In this document: piece after piece, positions 1 through 7,563 of the stretch | Layout: each line of letters starts with the position of its first letter | How positions within the stretch are numbered: the stretch's first letter is position 1 | NCBI GenBank assembly: GCA_023133225.1 | Contig: JAGLWV010000078.1 | Coordinates: 1 to 40,770, forward strand | Source: Candidatus Aminicenantes bacterium | Lineage (GTDB): Bacteria; Acidobacteriota; Aminicenantia; Aminicenantales; Aminicenantaceae | Direction of reading: 5' to 3' | DNA: 40,770 nt | Position numbers and translations under genes: made by a program | The notes under the pieces: model-generated | What the model was told of the DNA's origin: nothing | What the model saw: the letters and a program-made list of their open reading frames with translations, nothing else | Database searches by the model: none

Positions 1-100
1 ACTACAGCTTCATGGGCTGCGGCCTCGCCGCTGCAGCAATCTCGGCCCGTAAATAATCCAGGCAATATGAATTATTTATAAAAACTGCCGACACCTTCAT

Positions 101-1081
101 TTATTTTTTCTCTTTTTCCTTGAGTTTATCCAGCAGCTCTTCGGGAAAGCTTGCATAGATATTCACATGGTCAGGTCCTGCTGTAATCTCAATATTATCT
201 AACACCTCACCCATATTGAAATCCTGTATTTGGATCATTGATCCCATCATTTTTAGTCCGTTTAAGGAATCAGCTATCTGCCGGCTCTTGTCTGGATCGC
301 CTGTCAGCAGCTTTATTTCAGCTATGAAACTTTTGTTTTTATAATCAAAAGAGAGAGATGCGGCATTGATAGCTTCTATGTCTTTGAGCATAGGAGAGGC
401 ACCTGTCATTTCCTCTTTAACTTCAGGTGGAATGGCAAAGGCACCCCATAATATAGCGCCTTTATTGGCGTCTGCCAGCAAAGCAGCAAGTGAATCGTTT
501 TTAAAGACATTCTCTCTTTTTTTCTGCAGGACATCTATTACAGATTTGACTCCTTCTTCATTCCCAGCACTGATGTTTGAGTCGTCTAAGAAGGCAAAAT
601 TCACCTCTTTTTCACCTTCTTTTTTGATGGTGTATATGGTGAAGCCGTCATACTCTTTCTCTGTAAATTCCTCTCCTTCTTCCATATTCTCCTTAATGAG
701 AGGGAGTAAAGTCTCCCTGCTGTATTTAAGGTTTAAAACAAAAGATACTGTTTTTATCTCTTTTCCTTCCCCCTTAGTTGCAGAGGCCGCGATAGAATAG
801 ATGTCCTCCTTGGGGTCGATTCCTGTTTTTTCTATGAATTCCTGGTATTTTTGATAGCTCTCTTCGTTTTCCTCTTCTTTGATTATTTCATCAACGGCAT
901 CGATAGCCATTATTCTCTGGATGTCGATGAAGAGAACACCCTGGGCATCCACAGGAAGAAGACTGAGCATATCATTCGCTTGAGCTGCTCCGGATGAAGG
1001 AGCCGCTGGCTTTTTTTCGCAGGAGATAAAAGATAAGAGAGCGAAAATAATCACAATTCCAATGGCCGTGAATTTTTTCAT
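101..1081 (-). CDS. Hypothetical exported protein, probable lipoprotein (function unknown)
   Basis: 326-aa ORF. The N-terminus MKKFTAIGIVIIFALLSFISC looks like a signal peptide ending in a lipobox-like FISC Cys. A GGAGGA Shine-Dalgarno lies about 8 nt upstream of the ATG at 1081. Same strand as the two upstream genes and closely spaced with them. No family recognised by eye. Confidence 0.65.
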   Translation of the reverse strand: MKKFTAIGIVIIFALLSFISCEKKPAAPSSGAAQANDMLSLLPVDAQGVLFIDIQRIMAIDAVDEIIKEEENEESYQKYQEFIEKTGIDPKEDIYSIAASATKGEGKEIKTVSFVLNLKYSRETLLPLIKENMEEGEEFTEKEYDGFTIYTIKKEGEKEVNFAFLDDSNISAGNEEGVKSVIDVLQKKRENVFKNDSLAALLADANKGAILWGAFAIPPEVKEEMTGASPMLKDIEAINAASLSFDYKNKSFIAEIKLLTGDPDKSRQIADSLNGLKMMGSMIQIQDFNMGEVLDNIEITAGPDHVNIYASFPEELLDKLKEKEKK

Positions 1082-1175
1082 TTTTTTCCTCCTCTGTTTT
1101 CTCTATTTATTAAAACGATTAAGAAAGTCCTGTATCTCAAAGGACTATATCAAAAAATACAAATGTTAGGCAAAT

Positions 1176-2117
1176 TTATTTCAAATATCTGTAGAGTTCC
1201 ATCTGGCTGGAATAGAGCAAACATCGAAGCCATATGATCAAGAAGATGAACAGTTGCTGGATAAAAAAAGCGACAAGAACAAAGGGCCAGTCAGATTGTG
1301 GAATGGATTCTTTGAGGAAGATATAGCCGATTGTTATCGCGACCTGAATGAGAAAAATCAGGTAATACAACCCTAGAGTAGAGAAAGGACGCCTGAAAAC
1401 AAAGCCAAAGGCCTGGAAAACAGTTTTAAGAACATCGCGGCGGTCTTCAAGCACGATTTTGATACGGGCATAGTCAAAAACCATCTGAAAAAAGAGTAGA
1501 AGAAAAAATATGATCATGCTGAAACCAAGGTTGTAATAGAAAGGGGTGATTTCTGAGAGTGAATCTTTTTGAACGTTATCCATAATCAAGTTGAATCCAT
1601 AATCGAGAATAGCTACGAGTGTGAAAAGGATCACCGAGGATATAAGCAAAAGAAGAAGGAAACGGAAAAAATAAGTGCCGGAACCATTAAAGAATTTTTT
1701 CATTTTAAATTTTAAGGTGTCCTGGTTGAAGGTAAAAAGGATTCCTCCGGCAAGGAAGGTATGGAGAATGATGTAGAGAAGTCCCATGATAAGCACAGGA
1801 AGAGGGAGTCTGAAAAATCGCATCTGGATGAGTCCTTCAAGGTTGTTGAGGATAGCCCCTTTTCCTAAAATCGATGGAGAAAAGGTTCTCTCAAGGCCCT
1901 GGCTTTCATCCCTGAATTCTTGCCACCATAAATAATCAAAGCCTTCGGCCATTCTATCACCGACTTTGCTGCTGCCGAAGGAATCTTTAAGAGAGTGATA
2001 CATGGGAAGAGCCAGGATTATGGAAAAGAATAAGTTCACGACAAAGAGGAGAAGGACCATTCGGGTGGTTTTCCCCGTATTTATAAATCCTTTAGCAAAA
2101 TTCATGAAAACTTTCAT
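1176..2117 (-). CDS. Polytopic integral membrane protein (function unknown)
   Basis: 313-aa ORF with about 6 long hydrophobic segments. An AAGGAG Shine-Dalgarno lies 7-8 nt upstream of the ATG at 2117. Only 21 nt separate it from the upstream peptidase stop, which suggests an operon. Confidence 0.7.
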   Translation of the reverse strand: MKVFMNFAKGFINTGKTTRMVLLLFVVNLFFSIILALPMYHSLKDSFGSSKVGDRMAEGFDYLWWQEFRDESQGLERTFSPSILGKGAILNNLEGLIQMRFFRLPLPVLIMGLLYIILHTFLAGGILFTFNQDTLKFKMKKFFNGSGTYFFRFLLLLLISSVILFTLVAILDYGFNLIMDNVQKDSLSEITPFYYNLGFSMIIFFLLLFFQMVFDYARIKIVLEDRRDVLKTVFQAFGFVFRRPFSTLGLYYLIFLIQVAITIGYIFLKESIPQSDWPFVLVAFFIQQLFIFLIIWLRCLLYSSQMELYRYLK

Positions 2118-2138
2118 CTCTATACTCCTTGTTCCTTA

Positions 2139-4154
2139 TCAGCCTCCAAGTATAGTAAAAAACTCCAAAGCATGCTGGAGCCAGAGCATCCAGTTGGATA
2201 CCCATTTTAGAGGAGCAAGTGTGTTGGGCTTTCTTTTCATGCTGTTGTTGGTCCGATTCAAATCAAGAACCAGCTTGAATTCCGGATCGATGATTGCCTC
2301 TTTAATCCGGGAAGTGTGTGTATATGTGAACTTTTCCCACCTGTACATTCCATCCCATGTTTCTTTGACTTCCATTCCGTCTTCAAACACGATGAGCATG
2401 TCAACGGGAATTTTTACCTCTCCCAGACGGCGGACGGTAACTTCTGAGCGATAAAGAGTATTGTTGGATGTGTTTTCTGCTCTTTCTCTATACTCTCCGT
2501 CAAACCATCCTCTGGGCTTTCTTTCTCTCTGGCTTCTTATACTTCCAATGGCGTAATCCAGCTTTCCCGAACCATAGACAAGTTGATCGAGAAACCAGCT
2601 CATATCCTGTTCAGCGTATTCTGAAACAACTGCATAAAAATCTTTAGGGCGTGGATGTTTGAACCAGTGGCGCTGCGAATAATCTTTGATCATTTTCGCA
2701 AAAAGCTCCTCTCCCATGAACCTTTTGAGGGTTCTCAACATGAGCTCAGCTTTCGCATAGGAATTTGCTCCATAGCTTCCGCCCTCCATAAATTTCCATG
2801 CGAAGCGCTGCATATCATCCATGTTATAAGTCCTTCGGTGACTGGCGATTCCATCTGATTCGATGGGGATTTTTACCTTCTTGAAGGTTACGGGTATTCC
2901 GAAATACATTCTGTTGTAGAGAGGTTCTCCGTAAGCAGCATAATAGACCTCTGTATCTAAGAAAGAAGTAAATCCCTCATCCATCCAGGGATTTTCAAAC
3001 TCGTTCGACCCGACAAGGCCGTAAAAGTAGCCGTGGCCGAACTCATGGATGGTTACGCCTTCTGGCCTGGACATGCCCTTCCAGGTGAGAAAATAGGCGC
3101 CTCCGGTGAAGAATGTCGGATACTCCATTCCCCCCGAACGGCTGTTATAGGCAGGATCGACACAGGTCGAAGTCGTGTAAGGGTAATCTCCGTAGAAAAG
3201 GCTGCAGTATTTTATCGCGTTTTTTACCGCATTCATGTATCTTTCTTTGAGATGTTTGTGATAGGGCTGAAGGAGGAGCGTTATTTCAGTTGTCTTACCT
3301 GGCGCAAACTCAAAATCTTCTTTGTACTCAAGAAAAGAGGGAGAGGCGGTCCAGGCAAAATCATGGACGCTTTGCTGGAAGAAGTAATGGCTTGTGGTCC
3401 CGTCTGTGTTGTCAATTTTTTCTCTGTGCTCGCCGGTCGCTCCTACGATAAAAGAGGAAGGAAGTGTGATTTTAACGTCATAGGTTCCATAGTCGGCATA
3501 ATATTCACTTGAAGAATGGTATTGATGACAGTTCCATTCCCCGTCCTCAAACACCCCTATTTTCGGAAACCACTGGGCAATGAAATAGTAGTCCCTGTAA
3601 ACTCCTGTTCGTGATATGGGGCGAGGGATTTTGGATTCGAATTCAATGCTGAGAAGAATTGTCTGGCCGGGCTCTACGGGTTGGGCGAGTTTAACCGAGA
3701 AGACAGTCTGGTCGAAGATGTTAAGATCGTCAGGATGTCTGAATTCCATGAGTGGGAATAGATCATAGTCATCGAAATATGGATTTTGTATGACCTTTAT
3801 TGAGTTAACACGGCAGAATCCCCAGTCGTCTTTTTTAAAGCCTGGCACACTTCTTCCCCTTCGAGCACCTTCTGTGAGAAATGTACTCATGTTGTTCTGG
3901 AAGGCGTTCCAGTAGAGATGAAACCAGAGCACCTGAGTGGAAATGTCCGTATCATTCGTCCAGGAAAGAAATTCTGTAGCTTTTATCAGCTTCTGTTCTG
4001 TGTCCAGCTTGACATCCATGGTGTAGTTGGCGATCTGTTTACATAAAGGTTCATCGGGAGAGGTGAAGAAAGGGATAGAAATAAAAAGTAAGAGGAAGAT
4101 TAAGGCTGGGATTTTTTTTGCCAATCTGGCCTCCTTATATACATTTTTTTTCAT
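2139..4154 (-). CDS. M1-family (gluzincin) zinc metallopeptidase, secreted or membrane-anchored
   Basis: 671-aa ORF. It has HEFGH followed exactly 18 residues later by E (HExxH-x18-E: HEFGHGYFYGLVGSNEFENPWMDEG). A GxMEN-like GGMEY lies 24 residues upstream. There is an N-terminal hydrophobic signal or anchor (IPALIFLLLFISIPFF). Confidence 0.85.
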   Translation of the reverse strand: MKKNVYKEARLAKKIPALIFLLLFISIPFFTSPDEPLCKQIANYTMDVKLDTEQKLIKATEFLSWTNDTDISTQVLWFHLYWNAFQNNMSTFLTEGARRGRSVPGFKKDDWGFCRVNSIKVIQNPYFDDYDLFPLMEFRHPDDLNIFDQTVFSVKLAQPVEPGQTILLSIEFESKIPRPISRTGVYRDYYFIAQWFPKIGVFEDGEWNCHQYHSSSEYYADYGTYDVKITLPSSFIVGATGEHREKIDNTDGTTSHYFFQQSVHDFAWTASPSFLEYKEDFEFAPGKTTEITLLLQPYHKHLKERYMNAVKNAIKYCSLFYGDYPYTTSTCVDPAYNSRSGGMEYPTFFTGGAYFLTWKGMSRPEGVTIHEFGHGYFYGLVGSNEFENPWMDEGFTSFLDTEVYYAAYGEPLYNRMYFGIPVTFKKVKIPIESDGIASHRRTYNMDDMQRFAWKFMEGGSYGANSYAKAELMLRTLKRFMGEELFAKMIKDYSQRHWFKHPRPKDFYAVVSEYAEQDMSWFLDQLVYGSGKLDYAIGSIRSQRERKPRGWFDGEYRERAENTSNNTLYRSEVTVRRLGEVKIPVDMLIVFEDGMEVKETWDGMYRWEKFTYTHTSRIKEAIIDPEFKLVLDLNRTNNSMKRKPNTLAPLKWVSNWMLWLQHALEFFTILGG

Positions 4155-4205
4155 ATTATTAAAGTTGATTTCTTTTTACAATACAAAATATTCTTTAAAA
4201 TTGAG

Positions 4206-4234
4206 TTGATTTCTTTGAGCAATCGGATTAATTT
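4206..4234 (+). promoter_or_regulatory. Candidate sigma70-type promoter for the small ORF and nitroreductase unit
   Basis: TTGATT (4206-4211), a 17-nt spacer, then TAATTT (4229-4234), about 30 nt upstream of the AAGGAGG at 4252. The -35 lies inside one copy of a 13-bp direct repeat AGTTGATTTCTTT (4163-4175 and 4204-4216). Confidence 0.25.
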
Positions 4235-4264
4235 TAAATTCCAGAAGATAAAAGGAGGAAAAAC

Positions 4265-4378
4265 ATGGCAAAAACAAGAAAATATTTTGGATTACTGCTT
4301 AGTTTATTGTTATTGCGAGCGAAGCGTGGCAATCTCAACAGGTTAAATAAAAAAAAGGAAAAGGACAGTGAAAGATGA
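4265..4378 (+). CDS. Candidate 37-aa small ORF or leader peptide (MAKTRKYFGLLLSLLLLRAKRGNLNRLNKKKEKDSER)
   Basis: It is below the ORF-track length cutoff. A strong AAGGAGG lies 6 nt upstream of the ATG at 4265. Its TGA stop overlaps the nitroreductase ATG (ATGA at 4375-4378). It has a hydrophobic core followed by a basic tail. No homology evidence is available. Confidence 0.3.
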   Translation: MAKTRKYFGLLLSLLLLRAKRGNLNRLNKKKEKDSER

Positions 4379-4950
4379 CAAAGATAAATAAGAAGGGAGA
4401 GAATCCATTTCAACAGCTTGTCAAGAGCAGGAGAAGCATTCGCCGCTATCTGGAGAAACCCGTTGAGAGGGAAAAAATCCTGACCTGCATAGAGGCGGCG
4501 CGCCTTGCTCCATCGGCAGACAATGTCCAGCCCTGGAGGTTTTTAATCATTGACGATCCCGAGCTGAAGTCTCAACTAGCCAAGGAAGTTTTTTCAGGGA
4601 TTTATTATATTTCGAAATTTGCAGCCAAAGCTCCTGTTCTCATTATGATCCTGGCTCGGCTGGATATCATTGCCAACAGGATAGGGAAGCAGATCCAGAA
4701 CATCCATTTCTATCTGATCGACATAGGGATCGCTGGAGAGCACATCGTGCTTCAGGCAGAGGAGCTCGGGCTGGGAACATGCTGGATCGGCTGGTTCAAT
4801 TCCCGGAAAGCCAGAAGATTTTTAAAGATTCCCCGCAAGTACAAGATCGTCTCACTGATGGCCGTGGGCTCTTACGAAAAGAGACCTCCAAAGGAGAAGA
4901 AACGTAAAAAACTCGAAGAAATAGTCTGGTTTAACAGGATGGAAGAATAA
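4375..4950 (+). CDS. Nitroreductase family protein (FMN-dependent oxidoreductase fold)
   Basis: 191-aa ORF with RRSIRRY near the N-terminus and LAPSADNVQPWRF, typical of the nitroreductase superfamily. A paralog of the same length lies at 16694..17269. Confidence 0.85.
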   Translation: MTKINKKGENPFQQLVKSRRSIRRYLEKPVEREKILTCIEAARLAPSADNVQPWRFLIIDDPELKSQLAKEVFSGIYYISKFAAKAPVLIMILARLDIIANRIGKQIQNIHFYLIDIGIAGEHIVLQAEELGLGTCWIGWFNSRKARRFLKIPRKYKIVSLMAVGSYEKRPPKEKKRKKLEEIVWFNRMEE

Positions 4951-5042
4951 ATATTTCGAAGTTTTCTTTGCTTTTTATTAATAACAATTTTATTATCTTG
5001 ACCTTAGAAGGAAATTATTTAGATTAAGAGGAAAGTGAAAAA

Positions 5043-6422
5043 ATGGACGAAATTAAGAAAACATTAAAAGATTCGGGCCTGATGCGATGGAGCGCTTTGT
5101 TACTGGTAAGCATCATAATGTTTGCTACCTATTATTTTTATGATGTATTTTCTGCCATTAAATCAACACTCCAGAGTGAAGTGGGATTAAGCAATGTTCA
5201 ATATGGTTCCTTGGTTGGTGCTTATTCTCTTGCTAACTCTTTCTTGCTGATGGCTGTTCTGGGGGGGATCATTCTTGATAAGTGGGGAATAAGAAAAACC
5301 GGCTATATCTTTCTATTTTTTGTGGTTTTGGGTTCTCTTACAACGGCTTATGGTGCAAGCGATTTATTTAAACCAGGGGCATTCGGATATTCGTTCATGA
5401 GTTCTTTTTTGTCTCGTTATTCTCCTGAGTTGAAAATGATGTTGTTAGGCAGATTTTTATTTGGCCTAGGCTGTGAAACCATTTATGTCACTATCAATAA
5501 GATCATGGTTAAGTGGTTTAAAGGTAAAGAATTGGCTTTTGCTTTTGGAATAAACCTTGCCATTGCTCGATTTGGGACAGCATCAGCCTTAATGTTTTCA
5601 CCTGTTCTTATTAGTGCCAAACAAGGCTGGACGACTGCCGGTTGGTTTGGAGCTATGCTGGTGATGATTAGCTTGTTAACTTTCACAGTATACACATTAT
5701 TTGATTTAAAATATGACAGACAGGTTAAGGAAGGGCTTTCAGAGGAAAAAAGTGATGAGTTTAAATTCTCTGATATTTTAGCATTATTTAAAAATTCATC
5801 CTTTATGTTTGTTACATTGTTGTGTGTGACTTTTTATTCTGCGGTCTTTCCTTTTTTAGCTTTTGCTCCTGATCTTTTACAAAACAAGTTTGGCTTTTCC
5901 GGAGAGCTAAGTGGGAAGATCACATCCATTCTTCCTTTTGGAACAATTCTTTTTACGCCGCTTTTTGGGTGGTTCTGTGATAAAAAAGGGAAAAGTGCTT
6001 CACTGATGATTTTCGGTTCGTTTTTGCTCATTTTAGTGCATTTGACCTTGTCGCTCACCACGCTGACACCCTATATTCCAATGTTTGTGTTAGGTGTCGC
6101 CTTTTCACTTGTGCCTGCCGCAATGTGGCCATCTGTTGCAAAAATTGTTAAGGAAAAAAGACTTGGAACAGCATACGGATTGATGTTTTTTATTCAGAAT
6201 TTTGGATTATGGGGCATTCCGGTTTTAATGGGGAAGGTGTTAGATAAAACAAATCCAGGGATCACTCCTGAAATGATCGAAGCCGGTGGAGCCATTTATG
6301 ATTATACGATGACGGTATTGATGCTGGTTATTTTGGGAATGCTGGGACTATTTTTTGCGTTTTTATTAAAAAAAGAAGATAAAAAATCTGGATTTGGGCT
6401 TGAATTGCCCAATAGGGAATAA
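5043..6422 (+). CDS. MFS transporter
   Basis: 459-aa ORF with about 12 hydrophobic helices. The MFS loop 2-3 motif GGIILDKWGIRKTG matches G-x3-D-[RK]-x-G-[RK]-[RK]. There is a central hydrophilic loop. Confidence 0.85.
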   Translation: MDEIKKTLKDSGLMRWSALLLVSIIMFATYYFYDVFSAIKSTLQSEVGLSNVQYGSLVGAYSLANSFLLMAVLGGIILDKWGIRKTGYIFLFFVVLGSLTTAYGASDLFKPGAFGYSFMSSFLSRYSPELKMMLLGRFLFGLGCETIYVTINKIMVKWFKGKELAFAFGINLAIARFGTASALMFSPVLISAKQGWTTAGWFGAMLVMISLLTFTVYTLFDLKYDRQVKEGLSEEKSDEFKFSDILALFKNSSFMFVTLLCVTFYSAVFPFLAFAPDLLQNKFGFSGELSGKITSILPFGTILFTPLFGWFCDKKGKSASLMIFGSFLLILVHLTLSLTTLTPYIPMFVLGVAFSLVPAAMWPSVAKIVKEKRLGTAYGLMFFIQNFGLWGIPVLMGKVLDKTNPGITPEMIEAGGAIYDYTMTVLMLVILGMLGLFFAFLLKKEDKKSGFGLELPNRE

Positions 6423-6447
6423 AAAACAAAAGAGGAACAGGGAAGAA

Positions 6448-7278
6448 CTATATTTCCACTTTAAAAATGCCTTTAAATGTGAAGCCAAAGATAATAGCAA
6501 GAGCAAAATAGACGAGCCACCAGGGGAGGTTCAAGCCGAAAAGATTCATGCTTTTTGATGGATATTTCACTTCAATCTTTTTGATGGGAAGGTTTCCAGG
6601 AAGGGGGGCTTCCTTAGGATGAAATAATTCGTCGATGAAGTTTCTCCTTACTTTTGCTGGGGAGATTCTGCTGAGAGCTTTTTGGTTGACAGCGACTTCT
6701 TTTGTGATCCTGCGACCGTCGATTATCAGTGTTAAATCGTGAATGCCTTTTTCTTTTGCATGAAGACGCCAGTTAATTTCCCCCTCTTCTTCAATTCTGA
6801 CAGGAGGGATCTCGATATCAATGCCTGAAGAAGGTTCGACAGCAATGTCGATATGAAGAGGGTTTTGACCTTCTTTAAGCTTTACTACTAAAATTGCTTT
6901 TTGTCCTGGATCTAAAGCCTGGTAGCCGAACCAGAGACTGAGCTGGATGAGGATCAAAATGAGGGGAATGATCATTACCAGCAGGGGTTTTAAGGAGTAG
7001 CCGATGTATTTTGAGTTGTAACGGAGGATTTTTCCCTGAGCTTTAAGGGTGAGGCTCAGGCTGTCTTTGAACAGCCAAAGCTCAAGCAGATGAGCCTTAA
7101 TTTTGTTTTTGACCTCTCTTATCCCTTGCTGGTTAGAAGTAGAACGATAGACAAAGAGCATCAGGAGCGCTGTTAGAAACGAGATGAGGATCATTCCGAT
7201 CCAGGGGCTCATGCTCTGGAAAGGATAAAAGAGTAAAACGAAAATCTTGCCAAAGACAGAATTAAATATCCACATCAT
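6448..7278 (-). CDS. Membrane protein of unknown function (2 N-terminal TM helices, a soluble beta-rich middle, a C-terminal TM helix)
   Basis: 276-aa ORF and the last gene of the minus-strand phosphodiesterase cluster. The hydrophobic segments are WIGMILISFLTALLMLFVY, LLVMIIPLILILIQLSLWF and WWLVYFALAIIFGFTF. A distant YidC/EMC3-like topology is only an impression. Confidence 0.6.
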   Translation of the reverse strand: MMWIFNSVFGKIFVLLFYPFQSMSPWIGMILISFLTALLMLFVYRSTSNQQGIREVKNKIKAHLLELWLFKDSLSLTLKAQGKILRYNSKYIGYSLKPLLVMIIPLILILIQLSLWFGYQALDPGQKAILVVKLKEGQNPLHIDIAVEPSSGIDIEIPPVRIEEEGEINWRLHAKEKGIHDLTLIIDGRRITKEVAVNQKALSRISPAKVRRNFIDELFHPKEAPLPGNLPIKKIEVKYPSKSMNLFGLNLPWWLVYFALAIIFGFTFKGIFKVEI

Positions 7279-7288
7279 TATATTATTT

Positions 7289-7347
7289 AATCCTTAATCC
7301 TTACTCCTTAATCCTTTTTTCTTACTATGAGCCATGAGCCATGAGCT
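7289..7347. repeat. Two adjacent heptamer tandem repeats in the RHH to membrane-protein spacer
   Basis: Read on the minus strand, (AAGGATT/AAGGAGT) occurs 4 times at 7289-7316 and (GCTCATG) 3 times at 7327-7347. Both were read directly from the sequence. Confidence 0.7.
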
Positions 7348-7357
7348 TCTTCCTTAC

Positions 7358-7549
7358 TTAAGATATATATCCCAGGCCTTTGAGCTTTTTCTTGATCTCC
7401 TCCTCAGAGTCAGATTCTTCGAGTTTTGTCATCTCTTTCTCCAGGCAGTGAGTTATGAATTCTTCCGGGGAGGAATAGCCAGATATTTTGGCGTATTTTT
7501 TGACTTTTTCCATTAAATCTTTGTCCAGCTTTATTTTTGCTTTTCCCAT
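7358..7549 (-). CDS. Ribbon-helix-helix (CopG/Arc/MetJ-like) small DNA-binding protein
   Basis: 63-aa ORF. The N-terminal KIKLDKDLMEKVKKYAKISGYSSPEEFITHCLEKEM fits a beta-strand, helix, helix RHH pattern. An AGGAG lies 6-7 nt upstream of the ATG. It starts 14 nt after the upstream phosphodiesterase stop. Confidence 0.6.
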   Translation of the reverse strand: MGKAKIKLDKDLMEKVKKYAKISGYSSPEEFITHCLEKEMTKLEESDSEEEIKKKLKGLGYIS

Positions 7550-7563
7550 TTTTTCTCCTGAAT

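Noticed and set aside
1-56. A possible 3' end of a plus-strand CDS truncated by the window edge (YSFMGCGLAAAAISARK-stop), plus an imperfect GC hairpin at about 14-37.
   Set aside because: Only 18 codons are visible and no family can be assigned. The hairpin has a bulge and no U-tract.
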